NCBI GenBank assembly: GCA_010909165.1
Contig: VJWM01000025.1
Coordinates: 2,170,001 to 2,234,000, forward strand
DNA length: 64,000 nucleotides
Source of the DNA: Anthoceros angustus
Taxonomy: Eukaryota; Plantae; Anthocerotophyta
Direction of reading: 5' to 3'
A program made the translations under genes and the position numbers. Of the stretch, positions 39,836-51,176 are shown in pieces (position 1 is the first letter of the stretch; every line of letters starts with the position of its first letter). Below the pieces are notes generated by a model that searched no databases, was not told the DNA's origin, and was given only the letters and a program-made list of their open reading frames with translations.

Positions 39836-40804
39836 CTAATTGAGCCAAGCAGCAATGCCTTGGACAGTGGAAACAGTAGTAGAAGGACTGAGCGTATTCC
39901 CACCAAAAATGGTGTCCAGCAGAGCCGACACAATAGCCTCATTAGAGATTGCATGAGATGCCTCAGCTCCATCTGCTTGCACCTGAAAACAGCAAGATCG
40001 ACACCAGCTTAGACGTCTTAGTTGCAAGGTATGAAGAAGATACGTGTTTCTGTGACCATCAAGTTGTACAACCAGCTGTGCAGATGGTGCATGCTGTGGA
40101 CTTGACAATGTGAGTACCGTGAGGATGAGGAGGGACGGTGAGGGGAAGGCGTATAGCACAGAGGAGCCCAGTTGGGTGATGGGCTTGAAGAATTGCAGCA
40201 GCTCCTGAAGAGCCTTGTCCTCGGCCTCTCCCAACTTGCCCTCCTTCAGGAGCCTCTCCTTGATGGAGGCCTCCACTTGGCTTCCGTAGTGAGGCCCTGG
40301 AACTGGACCCACAAGCAACCCAACCTTGACAAACTTCTCCACAGGTGCTGCAGGATCATGACGTTATCAGACAAGGTCAGTCCTGAAGCTTGAGATGATC
40401 CTCATGAAGTGCATCTCGGCAATCGATGCAAGCTTCTGGAAACGTAATCCAATCATGGGCACCTTTGATCAAGGAGGTGAAGAAGGCGTTGTCATGTGCC
40501 AGATCCTGAGCAGACTTCCCTTTCCAGGCTTGCAGGTGGGAAGTGACATCTTTCTCTATGTACACATCCAACTGGGCCACTTTCACCTGGTTTCCTTCGA
40601 TGTTCTTCTCCTCCACTCCTGCAAGCATGGCCAGACAGTATGTCACAACTTGCCAATCCATGCCTGATCCTCCGGGGCTCGAATTGGTCAGAACAGAAAG
40701 AAAGTCGAGGAATCGGGATTGGTACCGTGGCCGGCTAGGTGCAGGGTCTTGGAGCAGCCGGCAGGGCCAGTGATGGTTGCCTGGAACTCCCCGGTCTGAG
40801 CCAT
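39836..40804 (-). CDS. CHIL: Chalcone isomerase-like protein, copy 3 (4 exons)
   Basis: Near-identical to copy 2, splice sites intact. Confidence 0.85.
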
Positions 40805-41689
40805 CACGTTCTGTTTGGAGTTCACCCAATGTTAATGACATGCGACATACATCTGTCGAATTGCCTGCAAAAACTCCAAAATCCATCTCACTACGACAAA
40901 TACAGATGTCGGGGAGTATATTTACAGGCTTGGAAAGTAGTCTCGTGAACTGAGATGGTGCCGGAGCGAGTTTGGTCCCTGGCTGCTGCTATCACAAGGT
41001 AGAGGAGAACTGGAGCCTGGAGAGCCTGAGCTTCAAATGCAATGCGATGACAACGTTGTAGGAGACTCTTCTGTCCTGGGACTCGAGAAGCCCAGTATTT
41101 GTATGTGTTCATCAGACTTGGCCGTTGAGCCCATTCTATCCAGTCAACTCGACTCTGACATGCACTTACACTTACTTCCAACCGCGAAGGAGCTTGGAAA
41201 TGGGTCTCTGCCAAATGGGACCGCTGGACCACTGGACCACTGGACCACTGGACCAACGCCATCTCGCTTCCAGAACTCTGGCAGCCCAGCTCCTCATTGG
41301 CTCGTGGAACTCTGGAAGATGGATCTGGATTTGGTTGGTTCACCTACACGAACCAGCGGGGACCTGCCTCGAGCCATCTTGGGTACTGCAGTACTGCAGA
41401 CGCCCTTGTCAACTCCCAATTTTGGCTTGGCTGTACAAGCACCATGGATTCGTCCACCATCTTCCATATCGTTTCTTTGTACGCATTGCCCCAAGGTCAT
41501 AGTGGGGAGGGGCACCATGCCAAAAAATCAGGATAAAGAGACATGGCCATGTTTTGCTGAATAATCGGACAAGATATGATCATGAACTCTCAGTGGAGAA
41601 TGACCGGTTTGATGGATTGCTGCACCATGGCTGCCAAAACACCCATGTCTCGAAGTTCATGTTAAGTTGTCAATCCAGTATCCCTCTCT

Positions 41690-42390
41690 CTACCTTCAGC
41701 ACTGTCAGTTTTAGATCTGCTCCACGAACTCCTGTACCGTGTGAGGCTGGAAGAATACAGGAGACATTCGATAGACTGCAGCTTATGGTTAAGCAGCGCA
41801 CTCTGGTGTGGCAGTCTAAGTTTGGCTGACCTGGAAGAAGGGAAAAGGATTCATGCCCAAGCCGTCAAAATTGGGTTGGCGTCGGACATGTTGCTGAGCA
41901 CAACAATGATCGACATGGATGCGAAAACATGGACGATGCACAATAGGTTGTTGGCGCAATACCAAAGCGCAACCGGTTCTTTCGGAATGCTCTGATTGGG
42001 CTCTGAAGGGGGATAAAGCATTCCTACTGTTTGCTGTGACGCAGTAAGGTGTGCTAGCAAACAATTAGACTTTCGTTAGTGCAATCAGAGCATGTAGCAG
42101 CCTGGCAACAGCAGAGCAGTCGAGTTAGGAAAGTGGACAACCAGTGAAGCAACACGGTTGGCAACAAGGTAGGGTATATCAGGATCATGTGGTTACCGGG
42201 GGTTGTGATTGAATAAGGATTGTGTGCAAACCACTGGCAAAGGAACAGCAGCAAAGCTCCTGACTTTCTCAAGATCTGCGAATTCCAGACACCAAGAGTC
42301 GTGCACTGGATCGTCTATTCTGGATGAAGGAACATGTGTATTCAGCAAAATGTATTGGGACTTCAGTTGTAGAATCCTTCAGTCTCAAGG
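41690..42390 (+). pseudogene. Degenerate PPR fragment (duplication unit 2)
   Basis: CGSLSLADLEEGKRIHAQAVKIGLASDMLLSTTMIDM; stops and frameshifts. Confidence 0.65.
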
Positions 42391-42391
42391 C

Positions 42392-45300
42392 CTATCGAGT
42401 CAAGTACGTGTATGAGCCCAAGCTACGCCTATAGTTGATCAGCAACCTTTGTGCTTCTTCTATTGTGAGACACCCACTAGCTACGGCATTTTCTGTCTCC
42501 CGGCGGAGAGCTTCCATCATATCCTCTCCCACATGTTGAACCGTCTGAAGCAGTTCCTCCATAGTTTGGCCCCTAATAACATGCTCAACGATGTATTCTC
42601 CGTTCTTGTGGTTGTTCGACAGGCCATTACTAATGTTCAGCCTCTTTGCCCTCACATGCACTACGTTTGTCATTCCAAATAGATTGTGGGAGCTTCCCAT
42701 CACCTCCTGCAGTGTCGAATCGCCAGCGAGTTTAGTTTTGAACGGATTGCAAGTCAGACGACCAAACATAGTATTGAATAACATACCTGATAGACCCCGC
42801 CCAGAAATAAGCCGAAGTAGTAGAATTCACCTTTGATAAGTTCATGCACCTGCAGAACACTGGTGGACTCACCGTTTGGACCTATGAACCGGTTGATCTT
42901 CCCATCGCTGTCACAGGTCAAATCCGCAAGTGTTGCCTGTACGCCTGGTTTTTCATTTAGGCGTTGCAAAGGCATGACAGGGAAAAGTTGACTGATGGCC
43001 CATGAATCTGGAGCAGAACGGAATACAGACATATTCACATGATATACAGCACCAAAGGACTTGCTCACAGCTTGCAGCTCATCAGGCAGCTCATTCCCCT
43101 TTGAGTACTTGACAGCTCGGTGGCACACAGCGTCATAGAGAGCATCTGCTTGTGCCCTTTGCTCCAAACTCAGACAACCAAGTTTAAATAAACTCCAGGC
43201 TTCAGACTTGAATTGCTTGGCATCATTATATGCTTCTTGGAAGTTGAATTCGTCCATGGTGTTATATACCTCGAAAAATGTTGACAATAGATAGTCACCT
43301 GCTGTTCTCTGCATAGCATCGATCGGCCCTCGCTGAGTGGGACTGGAATTTTCACCTGTTCCATTTTGTGACCTGGCCTCCCCTGATCCAGCACATCTCA
43401 CTAAATTACTCAAGTTCTCCAAAGCCGCAGCTTCAGAGCGCTGTGACGCACTCAGTACATCGAACACCAACACTGAATGATGTGATGCCAACGCACGACC
43501 GCTTTCTGAGATTATCACTGGCTGAGCCACCTGCTTCAACAAACAGGCATCCGCCAGAGCTGCTACAATATCGTTTGCATAATTCTGAAACGACAATGTC
43601 GATTAGTCAAAAACCTGCTAGGCGAGACAGGTTTTAGCAAACTGCAACTAAGAACCCATTCTACAAGCTGCCTCGTACCTGCATACTATAGTTGGTCGAT
43701 GCTTCTGACCGTCCTTTTGTGCCATCATAATCAATGCCCAATCCACCCCCAACGTCAATGTAACCCTGTTCACACGAAAACAAGGAAAGAGATACTATCC
43801 TTTACAACTCAAGGACTTTCATGGCATTTCAGGAAAAGCTGCCCCTCAAGTTGGAGTTCCAATCTCATGGATGAACTGACCATAGCAGCACCAAGCAAAG
43901 CAAGCTCGCAATACATGTGGCTGGCTTCACGCATTGCATCCTTGATTATAGAGATAGATGGGACTTGCGATCCTATGTGGAAATGAAGGAGTTGCAAACA
44001 GTCAAGCATGCCTTCCTGTTGACAAAGCACAAACTTCAGTAAGAACACATCCGATGACAAAGTAACAGGTTCGTAGCTAATGCCACAATGTGCGGGAATT
44101 CACCTACCTGCTTCAATCTGTAGACAACCCTGACAATCTCATTCGTTGTAAGGCCAAACTTTCCCCTATCACCAGAGGTTTCGCCCCAGTGTCCATCATG
44201 CCTTACACTAAGTTTTGCTCTCACACCAATCAAGGGCCTAATCCTTAGCTTCTTACTAACGTCAATCACAAGGTCCAGCTCCTCCATCTGCTTCGAGGGG
44301 CATGATAACGTGAGCACCTAAAGCTATAAGATGCCTACGATAGGAGAAGACTATGAACTACAAAGCACCTACACGCCGGTGCTGTGCCCATGCCTGAGAA
44401 CTCATATGACGTCATCTCCAGCTCGATGTTACCTGCTCAAGGACAATGACTCCATTCACCCCAAGCTGTCTCGAGAGGAGGACACTTTCAATATACACCT
44501 GATCCTGAAAGATCAGTGTGGAGAAGATCAATTTTCACCGCAATGCTCCAAAACTTTGTGCCACATTGTCAGCAGGGAAGGGCCCAAATGACCACTTCTA
44601 GCAAGCATCAAGCTTACCCAGATGGCAGAATTTCTGAAATGCACTGAAAGAAAGCCACACCTTGTATCCATTACAGATGAGAAGGGCGTCTTGCTTTCCA
44701 CGCAAGTTGGCAATGGCGATGAGAAGTTCAGCTTTGGACCCGGCCTCGAGGCCAAATCTGCACTGCTGGCCAAACTTCACAATGTCCTCAAGAAGGTGCC
44801 GGTCATGATTACATTTAATAGGAAAAACACCTTGAAAATGCCTCTGCAAAAGCAACAATAGTGTCAACCATATAAAAGGTCATGGAACTACACAAAGCTG
44901 TCCACAAGGCTCCGAGTCACACAAGCTTGTGACATACTTGATACCCAAACTTGGCTATAGCAGAGTTAAAGCAGTCTTGAAGTTGCTGGATTCTATGTTG
45001 CACGATGTCAGGAAATCTTATCACCATAGGAAGCTGCACATTTCTCTTCAGCAGAGCACCAATTAGCTCAACAATGTCGAGCTCATCAGCTTCTGCCAGA
45101 GAGCACACGTTGTCAGGATCGGCAGCAGCGAGGTCTCTCCCTCAAACCCACCGTCACCTTAAACCCTAAACCCTGAGGGGTCGCAAAAACTCAACAATAA
45201 GCTTTAAGGTGTCATCTTACGATCACCACCACCCAGAGGATGAACGCAGACATTGCCAGCGGAGTTGATGCCAAAGTAGGGGGCTCCCCAGCCTGCAACC

Positions 45301-45683
45301 CTGTAAAGCATGGAGCTGTCGGCAATCGTCCACGCACCCTCCTCCTCACACCCTGCCCGGGAGGATCTTTCTGCACCGTTGCGGTTATTGAATTGGGTGG
45401 CAATCCCAGGTCCATCTCGCAACCTGGAGGCAAGATTATTCAGGCTCTGATCTCCACCCTTGGCAGCTGTCTTCCTGGCTTCCTTTCGCAACCTGCCAAC
45501 ATGCACTGCCAACAGCGTGCTTCTCAGGCGATTGAGCCTTTCCCCGCTTTCCTCAGCGGCGACGCCAGCAAAGTCCTTGGATGCAAGCTCCTTGGAATGG
45601 CAGAACGCTCCTTTTTTGGATCCATGGATATCCGGACGAGGGATTGCGGGACCCAGATCATGTATCAGCCGCAATCGATTCAT
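42392..45683 (-). CDS. ADC: Arginine decarboxylase, 9 exons / 8 introns
   Basis: [29 protein letters not shown] (PLP Lys), [79 protein letters not shown]. Confidence 0.96.
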
Positions 45684-46032
45684 GCTGCTGACAAAGAAGG
45701 ATGTGCCACAGCTCTGACCGCTGTATTCATCACAGACGCTTCAAATTCACGAGTGGAAAGGAATGGCCAAACAACTATGTACATACATACATACTCGCCT
45801 TGCACCGGGTTTCTTTCAGTTATAAATAACTAGGGTGCTTACAATTGAGAACTTCAGGACTCCATGTCCTACTTCAGGACGCCCTTCTCTTACAATTGAG
45901 AACTTCACCGTCACAGGAAGCTGGCCATGCTTCTAAAGCCGGCCATGCTTCTAAAGCCGGCCATGCTTATACGAGATAACCCTCCGAAAAGAGAGAGAGG
46001 GAGTACATACATTGTGACAAAGCTCTGTCACA

Positions 46033-46113
46033 ACTGCTAGCCGTGCTCTTGGAACTTGGGTCACACCTGCTAGCCGTGCTCTTGGAACTTGGGTCACACC
46101 TGCTAGCCGTGCT
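46033..46113. repeat. ~2.5 x 33-bp tandem repeat containing the isochorismatase stop codon; 18-bp repeats nearby at 45839-45907 and 45920-45968
   Basis: CTGCTAGCCGTGCTCTTGGAACTTGGGTCACAC repeated; GCCGGCCATGCTTCTAAA and TTACAATTGAGAACTTCA repeated. Confidence 0.9.
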
Positions 46114-47152
46114 GTTGGTCTGCTCCCCACTCAGCAACGGTAGGTGTCTTGATGCCAATGTTGCGCATGTCCAGAAGATTGGCTGCACAAGGGAAAGGGT
46201 AGAATTACTCAGAGACCTGTGAGATGAATAACTGCGCGAGACAGTGCTATGTGAGGCACGGGAAATTGCAGCACAGCGGGATGCAAGGGATCTGCACTAC
46301 CGGCATGAACTTCCGGGGTACTCGCAGCAGTAGCATCTGCCAGCACAGAGACGTACTCATAGTCCAGAGCAACAGCATCAAATGCTGTGGCACGGATGCA
46401 GTTCGGAGTTTGAACTCCTACACAGTCCACCAAAAGCCAGGTCATCACAGGTTCAAACAAAGGTTCTGAAAACAGTGTGCTACAAAACAAGAGGGAAATT
46501 CATACAGGGATGACAAGTGCCTGTCAGAATACACACCAGCAACCACAATCCTCTTCACTTCAAGACGGCGAAGAACGCGGTCCAAATTGGTCTCAAAAAA
46601 CGCACTAAACCTATACTTCACAACGACTGGCTCCTCCGGCAGAGGATCGAGACCCTCCACAAGAGCAGCACCCCTGGTTCCCTTCACCGTAGGCCCTGGT
46701 GTCTCGCCACCGTACAAGCACACGCGAAAGACCTCAACATCCCTGCCACTAAGATCGTGCTCTCGCTTGACCTGCACATAGATAAGGTGGCAGATTTCCT
46801 CTCTGTCATCCAACCAGGGCAAGGGCCAGGGCAAGAACAAATCTGCACAGCCACAAACAGAAGGGACAAATCTGCTCACCCAGACAACCACGGCACCCCG
46901 CTGTCGTGCTATGGAAACTGCCTTCGCCACGGCAGGCACTATGGCCAGACCTCCGTTCACACGAAGAGGACCAGGATAGATGAAGTCATTCTGCAAACCA
47001 GCTGCATCACAGGCTCAGAGCCATATCCACAACAAAGCAGCTGGAGCTCAAGCTTGAGACATGTACAACAGAGATTCCACCTGCATGTCCACCACTAGCA
47101 GTGCGGTAGACTTCCATTCACTACTGTCCGCCAAAACCTCGGTATCAGCCAT
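46103..47152 (-). CDS. Isochorismatase/cysteine-hydrolase family protein (At3g16190-like), 5 exons
   Basis: MADTEV..TALLVVDMQ|NDF..|REHDLSGRDVE..KYRFSAFFETNL..|GVQTPNCIRATAFDAVALDY..|ANLLDMRNIGIKTPT; D-K-C triad residues present. Confidence 0.92.
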
Positions 47153-47213
47153 GGCAGCTGAATCTAAGATGAGCCTACAAGGAAGGTGAACTCCGCACGC
47201 CACAGCACGGAGA

Positions 47214-47414
47214 TCAGTGCTCTGAATCCTGGCCGCTCTTGCTCAACTTGGAAGCCATGCCGTCCACGAACAGGTAGACAGCAAAAGCGCCGACCGCGAT
47301 TCCCAGCCCCGGCGTCGCACGTTTCAGGTTGTTGCTCAGCAGCGGATGGTAACGGTACAGATTGATCGCCTTGAAGAATTCCGCGGTGCGATTGCCTGCT
47401 CCCGGATCAGCCAT
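47214..47414 (-). CDS. NDUFB3: Mitochondrial complex I subunit B12 (NDUFB3), single exon
   Basis: TAEFFK..YRYHPLLSNNLKRATPGLGIAVGAFAVYL matches the plant B12 pattern EFF..W/YR.HP.L.N..R.A.PG.GI..GAF.VYL. Confidence 0.88.
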   Translation of the reverse strand: MADPGAGNRTAEFFKAINLYRYHPLLSNNLKRATPGLGIAVGAFAVYLFVDGMASKLSKSGQDSEH

Positions 47415-47734
47415 AGCTCGTCACCTCGCTTCCCCGCGGCCGCTGCCTTCTCCGGACAAACTGAGCCGTCGTAACAAAGACGCCTTAACTGTTACAGTTA
47501 CGTTAACAAGGGAGCGGGTCCACATTCCAACGGCCACATTCGGCCGTGTTTGAACTTGTCCGCTCTCGCCAGTCCCCAGTCCAGGATTCCAGTCCACTGG
47601 AGGAGCATCTGGAGCCAAGTTGCGCGGTGCATTGCCATCGCACATTTTCTTCCAATTTGTGGACAGCCTAGTTGTTTGTGCTGTGAATTGTTCTTCCCTG
47701 CGCGCATTGGGATCAAGAATTGGAGACGAGAAGG

Positions 47735-50700
47735 ATGATGTCCCCGAGGCTCATGTCCCCCAGGCACACTCCAGGCCGCTCCAGATTTGCACCACCCACT
47801 CCCACAAGAACAGGACAGGGCTCCAAGGTGCGGGTTGTGGCCCGAGTGCGGCCTTTCTTGGCATCGGAGATCGAAGGGGCGCAAGGGGCTCCTCAATCGT
47901 GTGTGACAGTGGTGAGAAGTGCTGATGATGGCGAGGTGGCTCTGCAAATTGCGGACTCCAAAACCAGGTGAAGTGGACATGAGGAAGAAAGGAAGGCTGG
48001 GGATTTCATGGCTTGATTGCCAACTGACGAGGAGGGGTGGGTGCGTGCAGCCGGGGTGAAACCTACAAGCTGGACATGTGCTATGGTGATCAGGCAAGGA
48101 CCGATGAGATTTTCCGTACCGAGTTGGAGCCCATGCTGCCAATTCTGTTTCGTGGGTGCAATTCAACGGTGTTTGCCTACGGTGCCACAGGCAGTGGCAA
48201 GACGTACACCATCCAGGTGAATTGAGCTCTCTTCTTCTTTCTTGGTTCTTTGAGTGGGCTGTTGCTGTTGGTAGGGTATCTCAGACACTTTCTTTGCCTC
48301 GGGATGGATTCAGGGAACTCCAGCCCGACCAGGGCTTATGCTGCTAGCTGTGGCGAAAATCCTGGAGGCAGCTGGAAGAGTGGAATGCAGTGTCAAAGTT
48401 GCATACTATGAGGTGTACATGGACCGGTGCTATGACTTATTGCAACCAAAGACAGAAGTATCTGTTTTGGAAGATCCAAGTGGCCGCATTCAGTTGCGTG
48501 GTCTTGCTCAGGCAGGTGTCAGCCCGAAGACAGTCTTGAGCACTGCATCAGTGGGTGGGGCTTATGAATTTCGTTTTGAACGCATATATTTTATGCTGAG
48601 CAGGTTGAAGTGAAGACCGTGGAGGAGTTCCAGGCGACTTTTGCAGATGGGTGTGCAAGGCGAAAAGTTGGACAAACAGGACTTAATGATGCTTCAAGCC
48701 GAAGCCATGGAGTTTTGATGGTTACTGTCTCCAGTGGGACTGATGGTTCGCGCACAGTTGGAAAGCTTAATATGATTGATCTGGCAGGTGAGGATCTGTT
48801 GTGTCGGTCTGTTAACTTGGCTGGAAGGATGCGTAGTTAGCTAGCTATAACTATTTCAGGTGATGTTTGCAGGAAATGAAGACAATCGTAGGTCAGGCAA
48901 TGAAGGTCTCCGCCTTCTTGAAAGCAGCAAGATCAATGCTTCTTTGTTTGCCCTATCCAATGTGATCAATGCACTCAATGCAAATGAGGCCCGAGTTCCG
49001 TACAGGGATAGCAAGCTGACTCGCATATTGCAAGACTCTTTGGGGGGTACAAGTCGGGCTATCATGATCGCATGCCTGGTATTGACAACATCTGCTGCTT
49101 GGGCGCCATTCTGGACCTGTTCACTTCTTGTTTGTGACAGGATGGCTATCTTAACTGCAGAACCCAGGTTCATACCAGGAAGCATCTCAAACTTTGAGCC
49201 TTGCCGCCAGGTCAAGGCAAATTGTCAACCACAACATTCTTGACGCAGAGAATGAGATCTTGGAGGCAGGACGAGAGGTGAACATGGAAGCAAAGCTGTT
49301 AGCTTGGAGAGAAGCTAAGGGGAAGACCCCGATCAAGTGCATTCCAGTATCCAGCCCTGTGCAGCCAAAAGGTCATTGTCCCTCTCCTGATAGAGGTCGC
49401 TCTGTCCGCACACTTGCTACTCCAAAGAAAAGGTCAGAGTTATCTCTCTTACCCCCTGAGGTTCCAGGATTGCTCCTGTGCAGCTGGCCACCATTTTGGC
49501 GGCTTTTATGCTCTTGTCATACCTATGAGCGAAGTCGCAATTGACAATATGTTGTGTGTAGATCCTTACTCTTTCCAGGACAACGTGATCCAGTACTGGT
49601 AAGCTTCAGTCAAGCATGTCAGGAAATAAAAGTTAAAGCAGTTCTCTTTCTGACAATGCTTTTGGTGTTTCTTCAGGGCACAGCTGAGGAGAGGAAAGAT
49701 GAGGCAGCACAGCCTGCTGCTGACCCGCCTGCTGATCAACTGTGCACCAAGTCAGGGAATGAGATTGCCGTTTTCCACGATGAAAGGGATCAAGAGCCCC
49801 AGGAAGATTCTAGTCAAGGGGCAATTGAGCTGCCACCCAAGCTGCCGTTCAATGGTACGCCTATACTTTCCTTGTATCCTCCTCTGCTGGATCGTGGTGG
49901 AGTACAGCTAACTGATGTTTGGAATCTGTTGCGCAGAGCAAGAAGCTGAAAAGGAGAACATGGTTCAGGAAGTACCAGCATGGACGACGCCCAACAGACT
50001 GCCAAGGACTCAAACCTCTCCACCTCTCAGCGAAAGGGTGCGTGAGATCAAGAACCAGCTAATCAATCTGTCCCCCAGGCATTTGGCTCCTTTGAAGCTG
50101 GAAAAGGCCGTCTCCACCATCAGTATGGATCCCCCCTTCTTGGGAACCTCTGTGGAGTGCAGCTCAGACACATTAAGTACACCCACGATCAAACAGAATC
50201 CCCTATTTGCTGGCACACCGCTTGAAGAATGGGACATAAGCAGCCGTGGCTGTGAGGTAAGCAGCGAATCAATGTTATCCTTTTCTCTGGTGCTTCTTTG
50301 TTCTATGCCTTGTCTATTCTACTAAATTGAAACGTGTAATCCGTAGAGAACATTGCTGGAGAAGTATCTTCATGTGCTCAACACTGCTACCAGGCAGGTT
50401 TCCTTGACTTTCCTTTTTCAGATTTCCACCTGACAGTCTTATTTCTCTTCTCCCGAGCAACGCATGCACATGCAGCAGTTTCCCTATCGTTTGCTTATTT
50501 CTGCTCTTCCTTTGTGTCCACAGGGATGAGTTGATGGCATTGAAGGTAAAAGCCGCGAACCGACTTGAGAATATAATGGTTTCTTCTTGAAACAGCCAGC
50601 ACGCGCTGAGCATGTGACAACTGTGTTCTTCCAGGGCATTGGGGAGAAACGAGCAAATCGTCTCCTAGAACTCCGTGCAGAACAACCGGAACCTATACAG

Positions 50701-50980
50701 GAGGTAAGCAAATTGCACTGCTGGCTTCATCGGCTCCTACATGTCAGCTTAGAGCGTTCCCTGACTTTCTGTTTTCTCCATTCCAACTGTCGCAGCTTGG
50801 GGATCTCGAGAAAATTGGATTGTCCCTCAAACAGGTAAAGGCCGTGTATCTTGTCAGTACTACCTTGCATCACATTTTGGGCACCTTCGGAAATGTGACA
50901 ATTGCGGGTCTGTTCCACAGGCTCGCAGGATTTTCATATCGAACGTGGCACGGAAACTGGAATCGCATGCAAAGTTTTAA
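47735..50980 (+). CDS. Kinesin-10 (Kid/KIF22-like) with C-terminal helix-hairpin-helix, multi-exon
   Basis: [53 protein letters not shown]-terminal [30 protein letters not shown]. Confidence 0.92.
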
Positions 50981-51176
50981 GCTAGAAATACCAAAAAGCT
51001 GCGTTTGTGTAAAAGTATTTACTATTAATCAAATGAATGAAAAAATATAAGCCGACCAGGTTTTCTTGAATAGCTTGTCCAGGATGCATACGGTTAGACG
51101 ACATGCATCAGAGAAAAAGAAAGCATGCATTTGCAAGTACTGATTCAGATGCGAACTCCAGACAGTGTTTTACACT

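Larger units (their letters stand above)
37237..42160. repeat. Direct tandem duplication, unit ~2.46 kb (37237-39690; 39697-42160), each carrying CHIL plus a PPR relic
   Basis: Both units start CACATTGAAATATAGACTTTATTATTGCAAACC and end CCAGTGAAGCAACACGGTT; colinear high identity. Confidence 0.95.

Noticed and set aside
45160-45176. AAACCCTAAACCCT telomere-like motif in an ADC intron
   Set aside because: Two units only; a common telo-box-type motif, not an interstitial telomere
15544-47152. Chorismate synthase + CHIL + isochorismatase as a biosynthetic gene cluster
   Set aside because: Interspersed with unrelated housekeeping genes; the hydrolase's family name does not imply isochorismate activity
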